Made by a program: the position numbers and the translations under genes. Shown in pieces: positions 46,565 to 56,173 of a DNA stretch of 64,000 nt. The stretch is taken from positions 5,212 through 69,211 of the forward strand of contig CAMRSX010000005.1 in NCBI GenBank assembly GCA_947053595.1, given 5' to 3'. The first letter of the stretch is position 1; every line of letters begins with the position of its first letter. The DNA is from an uncultured Clostridia bacterium (GTDB lineage: Bacteria; Bacillota; Clostridia; Christensenellales; UBA1242). The notes under the pieces were generated by a model. It did no database searches and was not told where the DNA came from. It saw only the letters and a list, made by a program, of their open reading frames with translations.

Positions 46565-46577
46565 AAATTGGTCTGTA

Positions 46578-46657
46578 GATGTTTCGACACTCTCGCTTTG
46601 CTCACGGCTCAACATGACAGAAGCGAATTGTCATTCTGCAAATGCGAAGCATTTCTC
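46578..46657. repeat. family-1 repeat copies (reverse GTCATGTTGAGC unit plus forward GTCATTCTGC unit)
   Basis: GATGTTTCGACAC...GCTCAACATGAC, then GTCATTCTGCAAATGCGAAGCATTTCTC. Confidence 0.7.
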
Positions 46658-46729
46658 ACACGCGCACGCTTCCTTGACGGAAGTGGTGAAGTTGAAGTAT
46701 CTGCAGACTTACGATTAAAAAGGAACTAT

Positions 46730-47086
46730 ATGACAAACTTTCAAAACACTGTTGAAATTGTGGAGAAGAAATCGAGGTTCATCGGTTATCTTCTTTCATG
46801 CAAAAGTGTGGAGGAAATTCAAGAGGCGTTATGCTTTTTGAAAGAACAGCACAAAAAGGCAACACATATTTGTTATGCTTATTCGCTTAAAAATCCGTTT
46901 TTGGAAAAAGCTGTGGATGACGGTGAGCCTGGCGGGACAGCGGGCAGACCAATTTTGTCCGTCATTCAGAAGAGAGGTGTGTCAGACGTTTGCGTGTTTG
47001 TGGTGAGATATTTTGGTGGAATTAAACTTGGCGCAGGCGGACTTGTGAGAATGTATACAAAAGTTACAAGCGAAGTTTTTAAATGA
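46730..47086 (+). CDS. YigZ/IMPACT-family N-terminal-domain protein (short form)
   Basis: IVEKKSRFIGYL...ATHICYAY...DDGEPGGTAGRPIL...VVRYFGGIKLGAGGLVRMY. 118 aa, no C-terminal domain. Confidence 0.8.
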   Translation: MTNFQNTVEIVEKKSRFIGYLLSCKSVEEIQEALCFLKEQHKKATHICYAYSLKNPFLEKAVDDGEPGGTAGRPILSVIQKRGVSDVCVFVVRYFGGIKLGAGGLVRMYTKVTSEVFK

Positions 47087-47339
47087 ATTTTTTATTTTAC
47101 GTTGCGTAGAACTTGTTCGGCAAGCAAAATGGAAAATCACTAATGAAGGAGGGGGATTGGGACGAGGAACCGAAAGTTTAGGTGTTAGGCTTTTAGCCTG
47201 TGTCACCGTGATTGAATTTAGGCTCCCAAAAATGAAAATCATTTTTGGGAAGAGGAGTGACCAAGTGTCATCCGAGTGCTTGCGAAAAGCAAGCCGAGCT
47301 TAAACGCAGGTCATAACGAGGTGCCTCCCCAGGAATGAA

Positions 47340-47972
47340 GTGACAATCACAAAAATCAAAAGAATTGGAAGCACAAATCGGTTTCATGTCTATGTGGATG
47401 ACGCATGGGCAGGGATTTTTCTTGACGAAATTTTGGCGGTTTACAAACTGAAAACCGACCAAGAAATTGATGAAGAGGCATTTAAGGAAATCAAGAAAGA
47501 AAATGACGAGAGAGTTTCGTTTGACATGGCGGTTTCTTATTTGGAGAAATATGTTGTCAGCGAAAGGGGCTTGAAGGATTATTTAAAGAAAAAAGGTTTT
47601 GACGAAAGTGCCATTTCAAGCGCTGTGGAAAAGCTGAAGGAATATGGCTTTGTGGATGACGAAAAGTTTGCAAAAACCTATTTTGAAAGTTTGTCCTCTT
47701 GCAAAGGCAAGCGGGTGATTGCTCAGAAGCTGAAACAAAAGGGTGTTTCAAGTGAAATTGTGGAAAGCCTTTTGGAAAATGTGGATGAAGAGGCGGAGTT
47801 TGAAAAAGCGGTGGTTTTGGCGGGGAAATTCGTGAAAAATCGTCAAAAAGATACAAAAACCAAGCAAAAATGCCTTGCTCATCTTGTGTATAAGGGGTAT
47901 GATTATAGTGTGGCACAAAAAGCAACAAATGAAGTTTTTGTAAATACGGAGGAAGAAAATGATTGGCTTTGA
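47340..47972 (+). CDS. recX: recombination regulator RecX
   Basis: Three-repeat helical protein with ...LKEYGFVDDEKFAKTYFES.... GTG start. Confidence 0.8.
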   Translation: MTITKIKRIGSTNRFHVYVDDAWAGIFLDEILAVYKLKTDQEIDEEAFKEIKKENDERVSFDMAVSYLEKYVVSERGLKDYLKKKGFDESAISSAVEKLKEYGFVDDEKFAKTYFESLSSCKGKRVIAQKLKQKGVSSEIVESLLENVDEEAEFEKAVVLAGKFVKNRQKDTKTKQKCLAHLVYKGYDYSVAQKATNEVFVNTEEENDWL

Positions 47973-48315
47973 TTTGCAAGAGGTGGAAAAGATTTTTGGT
48001 GTTGAAGAAGCGCTTTTAAACAAAATTGCACTTGAGGGAGAGATTGATTACATACAAAAATTTAAGTGCGATTTCACAATGCGCGTTGCCACACTTTGGG
48101 CAGTTAAGGAGGCAGCCTTCAAGGCACTGGATGTCAGCGAAGGGGACATTTCTTACAAAGAAATTGAGCTTTCTCACAAGCCAAGCGGAAGGCCAGTTTT
48201 GACCCTTTATGGCAAAGCAAAGGCGCGTTTTGAAGCGCTGGGCGGCAAGGAGATTGATGTTTCAATTTCGCATCAAAAAAGCGTTGTGGGGGCAATTGTG
48301 CAAATCTGCACTTAA
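47959..48315 (+). CDS. acpS: holo-[acyl-carrier-protein] synthase
   Basis: MIGFDLQEVEKI...LWAVKEAAFKAL...ISHQKSVVGAIV. Confidence 0.9.
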   Translation: MIGFDLQEVEKIFGVEEALLNKIALEGEIDYIQKFKCDFTMRVATLWAVKEAAFKALDVSEGDISYKEIELSHKPSGRPVLTLYGKAKARFEALGGKEIDVSISHQKSVVGAIVQICT

Positions 48316-48440
48316 TGCTTGTTTTCGTGTGGAACACGAAAAGCATCGCTTTGAAGTTTGATTTGCACACTTCGCCGCCAAGCGAAAGCCGTAGCAATGC
48401 CGCTTTGCGGCGACTCTCTTGCGAAGTGGGTGTCCCAAGA
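48316..48440. repeat. family-2 dispersed repeat copy
   Basis: GCTTGTTTTCG...CTTCGCCGCCAAGCGAAAGCC...CTTTGCGGCGACTCTCTTGCGAAGTGGGTGTCCCAAG. Confidence 0.7.
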
Positions 48441-48526
48441 GGTAAGTTGAATTTTTACACATAGGAATAAAGTTTTATGACTTACGCAAAATAAGTTATA
48501 AAATCTTGATAAACAGGGGATTATTT

Positions 48527-48775
48527 TTGAAAAGAAAAGCTTTTCGCTCGATTGAAAATAAGGTGAAAGAGATTGAAAGCAGTTGGGGTAGTCTGGAAGA
48601 CTACGCTGTGTCTTTCACACTTTCTGGGCGAGAACATATTATGAGAATGGAAGAAGATTATTTTTCTTTCCGTCCAGAGATGAGGCGTGTTTATCAAGAA
48701 CTTTATGCACTTGAAGAAGCCGAATTGATGGACTTGATTTATTTGTCAGGTGGCTTTGATGGAGAGTTTATTTAA
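48527..48775 (+). CDS. putative MazE/EndoAI-like antitoxin (atypical N-terminus)
   Basis: Immediately upstream of and overlapping mazF. The C-terminus [26 protein letters not shown] resembles the EndoAI tail. TTG start after AGGGGA is inferred. Confidence 0.45.
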   Translation: MKRKAFRSIENKVKEIESSWGSLEDYAVSFTLSGREHIMRMEEDYFSFRPEMRRVYQELYALEEAELMDLIYLSGGFDGEFI

Positions 48776-49112
48776 GCGTGGAGAAATATATTTTGCTGAC
48801 CTCAGTCCCGTTGTTGGGAGCGAGCAAGGCGGAACACGCCCTGTGCTTATCATCCAAAACGACGTGGGCAACAAATATTCTCCAACGGTGATTGTTTCGG
48901 CAATCACCAGCCAGCTTTCAAAGGCAAAACTTCCAACTCACATCGAACTTTCTGCGCAGGGATATAACTTGCCAAAAGATTCGGTGGTGCTGTTGGAGCA
49001 AATTCGAACGCTTGACAAAAGGCGTTTAAAAGAAAAAATCACCCAGCTTGACGAGCGAAAGATGAAGGAGGTCAATCGCGCCATTCTGATTTCACTGGGG
49101 TTTGTAAACTAA
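48759..49112 (+). CDS. mazF: MazF/EndoA-type mRNA interferase toxin
   Basis: [59 protein letters not shown]. Confidence 0.93.
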   Translation: MESLFKRGEIYFADLSPVVGSEQGGTRPVLIIQNDVGNKYSPTVIVSAITSQLSKAKLPTHIELSAQGYNLPKDSVVLLEQIRTLDKRRLKEKITQLDERKMKEVNRAILISLGFVN

Positions 49113-49136
49113 CTGTGACAAAGCTTTGACGCGATT

Positions 49137-49169
49137 AAAAAAAACTGGAAAATTGTTCCAGTTTTTTTT
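49137..49169. terminator. bidirectional terminator
   Basis: A8-AACTGGAA-AATTG-TTCCAGTT-T8. Confidence 0.85.
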
Positions 49170-49190
49170 GCGATTTTGTTTTAAAAGTTT

Positions 49191-50246
49191 TTATTTGTCG
49201 CGGTCCATGATGCCAGATGTTATAAGAAATTCTCTGATGTTTTTGGTGACATTGTCAAGAAGAGATGTGCTGCTTTTTTCATTCATGTTTTTGAAAGTTG
49301 CTGTTTTGAGATTGGCAACTTTGTCTGAAAGGATGTTTGCCTCTTTAATCACATCTGAAATTGTGGTGGCGTCATAGTCTTCAATATCTCTTGCGTCAAA
49401 CTGAATGCATGTTTGCTTTTTTGTCTTTACATCGGTTAATTGATAATATAAATACAATTCTGCAGCCTTTGCATTGGTTATTTGTTTTTTAAAGAAACTC
49501 TCGTTTGTTGAAAAGTTGATGCTTTTTACTGTTGTTATGCCTTTGTCGTCACTGCAAGCATAGACGTAGTCAACATAAGTGGATTTACGAGTCTTTATGC
49601 TTTCTGCTTTATCCCAATCTGTTGGGCATTCCATAGAATAGAATTCCATTTCCCAAGTGCTGTCGGAAGTGTAGGAAATTTCAGCATGATTTAAACCAAT
49701 CACCTCTGGATCCACCTTAACATATTCCACATTGTTGCCATCTCTCACATCTTCAACGTCCAAAATTTGAAGGTGGTCACAAATTATGGTGTCTTTTTCA
49801 ATTCGGTATGTTGCATAAATTTGCGATGCAAACATCATGCCATTTTCAAACCAAGGTTTTTCCTTATCAGTTTTACTGACACAATAACTGTTTTGCTCAT
49901 ACCCGCTTGCCAACAATTCTTTTGTACAAAAAAGCCCCAAACTTTCATTGAGCGCTGCCCACAGACGCATGTTTTCAACTTCTTCATCATCCACAATGGT
50001 TGTGAAGTCTTCCAAGCTTGTGGCGGAAACTTCATTTGAAGAAGTTGTGTCTCTTGGATTTTCTTGGGTGAGGCCAAGGTCATAGCACACCATGTTCACA
50101 AGCTGTTGCGCTCTGGTGATGCTCATTCCAGAAGTTCCTTTTTTGCTGGCAAAGTAAAGATATCCAAACAATGCACAGCCAATGGTGACAAGGGTGAGAT
50201 ATACTGTCAGAACAATTGAGCCAATTTTTTTCTTTGAGTTTTCCAT
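49191..50246 (-). CDS. hypothetical membrane-anchored protein (351 aa)
   Basis: AAGGAGGG SD. MENSKKKIGSIVLTVYLTLVTIGCALFGYLYF TM, then a ~310-aa extracytoplasmic domain. No family recognised. Confidence 0.7.
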   Translation of the reverse strand: MENSKKKIGSIVLTVYLTLVTIGCALFGYLYFASKKGTSGMSITRAQQLVNMVCYDLGLTQENPRDTTSSNEVSATSLEDFTTIVDDEEVENMRLWAALNESLGLFCTKELLASGYEQNSYCVSKTDKEKPWFENGMMFASQIYATYRIEKDTIICDHLQILDVEDVRDGNNVEYVKVDPEVIGLNHAEISYTSDSTWEMEFYSMECPTDWDKAESIKTRKSTYVDYVYACSDDKGITTVKSINFSTNESFFKKQITNAKAAELYLYYQLTDVKTKKQTCIQFDARDIEDYDATTISDVIKEANILSDKVANLKTATFKNMNEKSSTSLLDNVTKNIREFLITSGIMDRDK

Positions 50247-50366
50247 AAAAAACCCTCCTTTGTTTTTTTTGTAGGATAACACGGGGGGGGGATTTGTCAA
50301 GCAAAAATTCAAAAACCTTAAAAAAGTTTGTGAAAACAGCAAAAAATTGGAATTTTTGAAAAATGC

Positions 50367-50395
50367 TTTACAATTTTTGCTTGGTGTGATATAAT
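50367..50395 (+). promoter_or_regulatory. sigma-A-type promoter upstream of rpoZ
   Basis: TTTACA, 17 nt, TGaTATAAT (extended -10). Confidence 0.6.
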
Positions 50396-50436
50396 CTCAA
50401 AAGATTTTAGTTTGGTTTTGAAGGAGATTTAATTTT

Positions 50437-50637
50437 ATGATGAACGAACCACCAATTGACGAGATTACAGAAAAAGCTGGCAACAAATATGTTTTGTCAA
50501 TCATTGCTGCAAAGCGTGCAAAGGAAATTGAAACAACAAGAAGAGGCGAGCTTGCCACTGCTGACAAAAAATCCATCAGTTTGGCACTGGATGAAATTCA
50601 GGCAAACAATGTTGTCCCAAGTGATATTGAAGAATAA
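50437..50637 (+). CDS. rpoZ: DNA-directed RNA polymerase subunit omega
   Basis: PPIDEITEKAGNKYVLSIIAAKRAKEI. Confidence 0.9.
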   Translation: MMNEPPIDEITEKAGNKYVLSIIAAKRAKEIETTRRGELATADKKSISLALDEIQANNVVPSDIEE

Positions 50638-50664
50638 ACTGAGGTGGCGAATTTTGGCGCTTAT

Positions 50665-50820
50665 AGACAGGCTCAGAATGACTGCTTTAAGATTTTCGTA
50701 TCCGCTTTAAAATGACATGTAAAGCGAAACGAAGTGCTGGCGTGCTGGTTTCAAAAAAAAGTCATGTTGAGCTATGGGTAAGCCGGCGCCGTCATTCTGA
50801 CCGAAGTGGAAAAATCACTC
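50665..50820. repeat. cluster of family-1 repeat units in the rpoZ-priA spacer
   Basis: GCTCAGAATGAC (50671-82, reverse), GTCATGTTGAGC (50761-72), GTCATTCTGACCGAAGTGGAAAAATCAC (50791-818). Confidence 0.75.
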
Positions 50821-50961
50821 TGGCGTATTCATGAGAGAGGTTGGGTGTCAAAACTTTTTGAAGTTTTTTGTTTGGGATGTTAAAAGCAATGCTTGTGCAT
50901 TGTTTTTTTTGTTGATACAGAAGACAAAAATCACTTTGCAAAGTTTGAAAATTGTGATAGA

Positions 50962-53178
50962 ATGGTCAGTGAGAAATTGTCTCACAAAACGCAAGGAGAA
51001 GGGCAGTTGTTTGCAAAGATAATCATCGACCAAGACGCAAAGGCGCTGGACAAGATTTTTGAATATAGTGTGCCGCAGAATTTTGCTGTGGAAGTTGGGC
51101 AGCGAGTGCTTGTGCCTTTTGGCAATCGCACCTTGCAAGGTTTTGTTGTGGAATTGTGTGAGCAAAGCGAATATGACCCATCAAAAGTGAAACCAATCGC
51201 ACAAAAAATTGAAGACTTTCCTGTCATCAAAAAAGAGATGTTGCAGCTGATGTTTGAAATGGCGGACAAGCTGCATTTGAAGCTTGCCAGCATTTTGAGG
51301 TTGTTTCTTCCAAGCGAGATGCGAACGGACAGTGTGCACGAGCTTTTGGTGAAGTTTTGCGTGTTGGCAGAAAATTTTGAGATGCCGTCGACGCGGGCAA
51401 AAAAGCAGCTTGAAATTGTGCAGCATCTTAAGCAGAAAGAAAGAGCAAAGTTTACTGACCTTTCAAAGCAGTTTGGCTATGCCGCGTTGGCTGCGCTGGT
51501 GAAAAGCGGTGTGGTGAGGGTGGAACAAGAGCAAATCAACCGCACGCCAGAGTTTGACAGAATTGAAAGTGCCGCTCGAAAGCTGACGCCGTTGCAACAG
51601 CGGGCAGTGGAAGAAATTTGCGAAGCGAAAACTTATCTTCTGCATGGGGTGACGGGCAGCGGAAAGACGGAAGTTTATTTGAATTTGATTGAGCGCCAGC
51701 TTTCAAAAGGTAAGACGGCACTGATGCTTGTGCCAGAAATTTCGCTTACGCCGCAGGTGTTGGCATCTTTCAAGGCGCGCTTTGGCGACAATGTGGCGCT
51801 CATCCACAGCGGGCTTTCTGCTGGCGAGCGTTTTGACGAATGGAAGCGGATTTTTCTTGGGCAAGCGCGCGTGGTTGTGGGGGCAAGAAGTGCAATCTTC
51901 TCGCCAATTGAAAACTTGGGAATCATCATCATTGACGAAGAGCACGAGCAGAGTTATGTTTCCGAAAGCAATCCTCGTTATGACACGCACGACATTGCGC
52001 TGTTCAGAAGAAATTACAACAACTGTGCGCTGGTTTTGGGAAGCGCAACACCTTCCATTGAAAGTTATGCAAAGGCCATTGACGGGCAATATCAGTTGGT
52101 GGAGATGCCGGTGCGTGTGAATGGCATGGAGATGCCCAAAATTGTCACCATTGACATGCTGATGGAACTTAGGCAAGGAAACAATCAAATCTTTTCCATT
52201 CCGCTTATTTATGAGTTGCGCGACATTGTGGAGCAGAAAAAGCAAGCCATGATTTTCATCAATCGTAGGGGGTTTTCTTCCTTTCAGCGCTGCAGGCAGT
52301 GTGGATATGTTGCAAAGTGCACCGATTGTGATGTTTCGCTGGTGTATCACCGCTTTGAAAACAAACTTAAGTGCCATTATTGCGGCAAGCGCTTTCATGC
52401 GTTGGATGTCTGCCCAAGTTGCGGAAGTGCGGACATTAAGCAAGGCGCAATTGGCACTGAGAGGGTGGTGGAAGAACTTGGAAAACTTTTTCCGGATGTG
52501 CGGGTGCTGCGCATGGACAATGACACCACCTCTGGAAAGAACGGGCACCGAAAGATTTTAAATGAGTTTAGAAATGCCAAGCCGGGCATTTTGGTGGGCA
52601 CGCAGATGATTGCCAAAGGGCACGATTTTGAAGATGTTCTGCTGGTTGGAATTGTGGATGCAGACCAAAGTTTGTTTCAGTCTGATTTTCGTTCCATCGA
52701 GCGCACTTTTCAGCTTATCACGCAAGTTGCTGGCCGCGCAGGACGAAGTGCAAAACAGGGGCGCGTGATTTTGCAAACTTACAGCCCAAGACATTATGTA
52801 TACCGCTTTGCCACCAATTACGATTATAAGGGTTTTTTCAACAAAGAGGTGAACTTGCGAAAAGTCACCAATTTTCCGCCTTATGCGCGCATTGTGAGAA
52901 TTCTTTTTTCGCATGAAGATGAAAAAGTTGTGGCAGCAGAGTGCAAGTTGTGTTATAATAAGGTGCAAGCCATCCGTGAGGCTTATTCAAAGGACTTTGT
53001 CTATTTGGATGTTATGAAGGCACCGCTGAACAAAATTAAAAACAAATTTAGATATCAAATTATGATGCGCTTTAAACTTGAAAAGGCGGACGAAATTGAA
53101 AAGCAGATTTTTGAGGCTGTGGACCCAAAGGCAAAATCAAGCGTGTTTTTTGAGATTAATCCAAATAATCTGAGCTAG
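50962..53178 (+). CDS. priA: primosomal protein N' (replication restart helicase PriA)
   Basis: GVTGSGKTEVY, IIIDEEHE, Cys-rich insert CRQCGY...CTDCD...CHYCG...CPSCGS. The exact start is uncertain (50962 ATG chosen). Confidence 0.93.
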   Translation: MVSEKLSHKTQGEGQLFAKIIIDQDAKALDKIFEYSVPQNFAVEVGQRVLVPFGNRTLQGFVVELCEQSEYDPSKVKPIAQKIEDFPVIKKEMLQLMFEMADKLHLKLASILRLFLPSEMRTDSVHELLVKFCVLAENFEMPSTRAKKQLEIVQHLKQKERAKFTDLSKQFGYAALAALVKSGVVRVEQEQINRTPEFDRIESAARKLTPLQQRAVEEICEAKTYLLHGVTGSGKTEVYLNLIERQLSKGKTALMLVPEISLTPQVLASFKARFGDNVALIHSGLSAGERFDEWKRIFLGQARVVVGARSAIFSPIENLGIIIIDEEHEQSYVSESNPRYDTHDIALFRRNYNNCALVLGSATPSIESYAKAIDGQYQLVEMPVRVNGMEMPKIVTIDMLMELRQGNNQIFSIPLIYELRDIVEQKKQAMIFINRRGFSSFQRCRQCGYVAKCTDCDVSLVYHRFENKLKCHYCGKRFHALDVCPSCGSADIKQGAIGTERVVEELGKLFPDVRVLRMDNDTTSGKNGHRKILNEFRNAKPGILVGTQMIAKGHDFEDVLLVGIVDADQSLFQSDFRSIERTFQLITQVAGRAGRSAKQGRVILQTYSPRHYVYRFATNYDYKGFFNKEVNLRKVTNFPPYARIVRILFSHEDEKVVAAECKLCYNKVQAIREAYSKDFVYLDVMKAPLNKIKNKFRYQIMMRFKLEKADEIEKQIFEAVDPKAKSSVFFEINPNNLS

Positions 53179-53186
53179 GGGGGGCG

Positions 53187-53272
53187 AAAACTGCGCTGGT
53201 GGCTCATTTTCGAGCAGTGCTCGAAAAGTATCGCCTTAACGCTTGTTTTCGCCCACTTGGGACAGACACCAA
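53187..53272. repeat. family-2 repeat, partial copy
   Basis: AAAACTGCGCTGGTGGCTCATTTTCGAGC...TAACGCTTGTTTTCGCCCACTTGGGACAGACACCAA. Confidence 0.65.
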
Positions 53273-53459
53273 AGTTTTTAAACGGCAGCACGCCTTGCAA
53301 AAAAGCAAGGCTAATGCCTAAAACTTTGGTTTCTCAACCCAGTCCTCTTCCCTGAATGTGATTTTCAATTTTGCTTGCACGGTCAAAGCCCTTTGCAATG
53401 CAAAATTGTAAATTGGGTTGGGAGAGTGTAAGCGTGGCGCTGCGGGAGAAGACCAGCGT

Positions 53460-53640
53460 GTCATTCTGAGCTGCACCCGCTGTCATGTTGAGCAAGTGCC
53501 TTCTGGCACGCCGTCGAAACATCTCGGGTGTAACAAGCGGAAACATCTCGCTGGCTGAAGTGGTGAGCATGACGGCAGTCCTTCGAAGGCAAAAGCGGAC
53601 AAAGATTCTTCCACTCCGCTTACGCTACGGTCAGAATGAC
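53460..53640. repeat. cluster of four family-1 repeat units (two forward, two reverse)
   Basis: GTCATTCTGAGC (53460), GTCATGTTGAGC...GTCGAAACATCTCG (53482), reverse GAGCATGAC (53565-73), reverse ...GGTCAGAATGAC (to 53640). Confidence 0.8.
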
Positions 53641-53742
53641 AATTTAATGATTGCCCGTCAGGGATGCATGAGTGGACAGAGATTGTAAAAGCGGGATATC
53701 CATACAATAAAAAAAATTAAAAGACAATAAGGAAGTGTGATT

Positions 53743-54219
53743 ATGGCAATAAGAAAAATTGTGACGCTTGGAAGTGAAACATTAAGAAAAACATCAAAGC
53801 CTGTGAGGGAGTTTGATGAGAGTTTGCACGCGCTTTTGGACGACATGAAAAACACAATGATTGAACGAAACGGCGTGGGCATTGCGGCTGTTCAGGTGGG
53901 AGTGCTGCGTCGCGCCATTGTGATTGAACTGGACGAAGGGGAGTTTTTGGAGGTTGTCAACCCACAGATTCTTAAAACCAAAGGCAAGGTGAAGGGCAGC
54001 GAAGGCTGCTTGAGTGTTCCGGGCTTTTATTGCGATGTGGAACGCCCAAAATATGTGAAAGTTGCAGCTTATGACCGCAACGGACAGCCTTTTGAGTTTG
54101 AGGCAAAGGATTACATTGCCCGCTGCGTCTGCCATGAAATTGACCATTTGAATGGGCTTTTGTTTGTGGATTACACCGACGAAGGAAAGAAATATAAAAG
54201 TGAGCATGGAGAAGTTTGA
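53743..54219 (+). CDS. def: peptide deformylase
   Basis: GVGIAAVQVG, EGCLSVPG, CHEIDHLNG. Confidence 0.95.
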   Translation: MAIRKIVTLGSETLRKTSKPVREFDESLHALLDDMKNTMIERNGVGIAAVQVGVLRRAIVIELDEGEFLEVVNPQILKTKGKVKGSEGCLSVPGFYCDVERPKYVKVAAYDRNGQPFEFEAKDYIARCVCHEIDHLNGLLFVDYTDEGKKYKSEHGEV

Positions 54220-55148
54220 TGAAAATTTTGTTTTTTGGAACGCCAAGATTTGCTGAGATTGTTTTGCAACAACTTTTGCACAGCCATCACACTGTTGTGG
54301 GGGTGGTTTGCCAAAGTGATAAGCCTGCCGGCAGAGGCAACAAGATGAAATCACCACACATTGTGCAGATGGCAAAGGAAAATAATTTGCCAGTTTTTCA
54401 GTTTGAAAGGTTGTCAGAGCATATTGACAACTTCAAACAAATTGATTGCCAGCTTGGGGTGACGGCGTCTTATGGAAAATACATTCCAAAAGCCTTGCTG
54501 GACATTTTGCCCATTGTTAATGTGCATCCTTCAATGCTGCCAAAATATCGCGGCGGAACGCCAATTCAGAGCGCGCTTTTAAACGGCGATGAAGTGACGG
54601 GCGTGACAATCATGAAAACCAATGTGGGCATGGATGACGGCGACATCTATGTGCAGCAAAAGCTGGAAATTTTGCCAGAGGATGACTATGTTTCCATGAT
54701 TGAAAAAACCGCTTCGCTGGGCGCGAAACTGCTGCTTGAAACGCTGGACAAAATTGAAAACAACACTGCCACGCTGACGCCGCAAGACGAAACGCAGGCA
54801 ACAAAAGTGAAATTGATTAAAAAAGAGGATGGATTGCTGGATTTTTCCGCGTCGGCAGCAAAACTTGTCAACAAAGTGAGGGCATTTTCAGAGAGCCCAG
54901 TGGCATATTTTTTTGTTGGAGGCGAGCGCATTAAGGTGCACAAAGCAAAGCTTGCAACTGACTTTGAGAATGAGGAGGCTTTGCTTGGCAAGGCAGGGGC
55001 AATCATCCCAAACAAAAAGCGCTTTCTCATTCAAGCGGGTTGCGGCGTTTTTGAAATTTTGAAATGTCAAGGCGAGGGCGGAAAAGTTTTGGACGCCAGC
55101 GCATTTTTGAACGGACATCACTTCAAAGCAATGGTGGTGGACGCATGA
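54216..55148 (+). CDS. fmt: methionyl-tRNA formyltransferase
   Basis: MKILFFGTP...VNVHPSMLPKYRGGTPIQ. Confidence 0.95.
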   Translation: MMKILFFGTPRFAEIVLQQLLHSHHTVVGVVCQSDKPAGRGNKMKSPHIVQMAKENNLPVFQFERLSEHIDNFKQIDCQLGVTASYGKYIPKALLDILPIVNVHPSMLPKYRGGTPIQSALLNGDEVTGVTIMKTNVGMDDGDIYVQQKLEILPEDDYVSMIEKTASLGAKLLLETLDKIENNTATLTPQDETQATKVKLIKKEDGLLDFSASAAKLVNKVRAFSESPVAYFFVGGERIKVHKAKLATDFENEEALLGKAGAIIPNKKRFLIQAGCGVFEILKCQGEGGKVLDASAFLNGHHFKAMVVDA

Positions 55149-56173
55149 TTTTGGATTGGGATTATAAACAGGTGCAAGAATATGTGGCATCACTTGGCGA
55201 AAAAAGTTTCAGGGCAAAGCAGCTTTTTGAGGCGTGCGTTTGCTTGAAAAACTTGGATGAAATTTCCAATTTGCCAAAAGAACTTAAGGAAAAAATCAAA
55301 AACGATTATTTTTCTTATGAAGTTGCTGCACATTTGCACTCCAAGGACGGCACGCAAAAAGTGGCAATCAAGCTTGCCGACGGAAGCGTGATTGAAAGCG
55401 TGCTTTTGAAATATAAATATGGTTACACCGTCTGCGTTTCCACGCAGGTTGGCTGCAGAATGGGTTGTGCATTTTGCGCTTCCACATTAAATGGGCTTGT
55501 GCGCAATTTGACAGCGGGAGAAATTTTGCTGCAAGTGCTGTTTTTCAACCGAATTTTGGGCGGCACTTTGAAAGAGCGCAAAGTGACAAATGTGGTGCTT
55601 ATGGGCTGCGGAGAGCCGCTGGACAACTATGACAATGTTGCAAAGTTTTTGAGGCTTATTTCGGCAAAAGAGGGGCTTAACATCAGCCAGCGCAACATCT
55701 CTCTTTCCACTTGCGGACTTGTGCCAAACATATATAAACTTGCCGACGACGGCTTTTGTGTCACGCTGACAATTTCGCTTCATGCGCCAAACGACCAACT
55801 TAGAAAAACCATTATGCCAATTGCAAATGCCTACAGCCTTGAGGACGTTTTGAAGGCGTGTGACCATTATTTTGACAAGACGGGCAGGCGCATCTGTTTT
55901 GAATATTCCCTCATTGGCGGCGTCAACGACACGGACGAGTGCATAAATCAGCTTGCCAAACTTTTGCGGGGACGCTCTTGCCATGTAAACTTAATTCCGC
56001 TCAACACCGTGAAAGAGAAGGGGCTTGTTGGCTCAACCCGAAAAAGGGGATATGTTCTGGCTGAAAAGTTGGAGAGTCTTGGCATCAGCGCCACGGTGAG
56101 AAGAACCATGGGTGAAGACATTGAAGGCGCATGCGGGCAACTTAGAAACCGCGTTGAAGGAGAAAACAGATGA
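55145..56173 (+). CDS. rlmN: 23S rRNA/tRNA m2A methyltransferase RlmN (radical SAM)
   Basis: ATGA overlap with the fmt stop. FRAKQLFE...VSTQVGCRMGCAFCAS...GEPLDN. Confidence 0.95.
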   Translation: MILDWDYKQVQEYVASLGEKSFRAKQLFEACVCLKNLDEISNLPKELKEKIKNDYFSYEVAAHLHSKDGTQKVAIKLADGSVIESVLLKYKYGYTVCVSTQVGCRMGCAFCASTLNGLVRNLTAGEILLQVLFFNRILGGTLKERKVTNVVLMGCGEPLDNYDNVAKFLRLISAKEGLNISQRNISLSTCGLVPNIYKLADDGFCVTLTISLHAPNDQLRKTIMPIANAYSLEDVLKACDHYFDKTGRRICFEYSLIGGVNDTDECINQLAKLLRGRSCHVNLIPLNTVKEKGLVGSTRKRGYVLAEKLESLGISATVRRTMGEDIEGACGQLRNRVEGENR

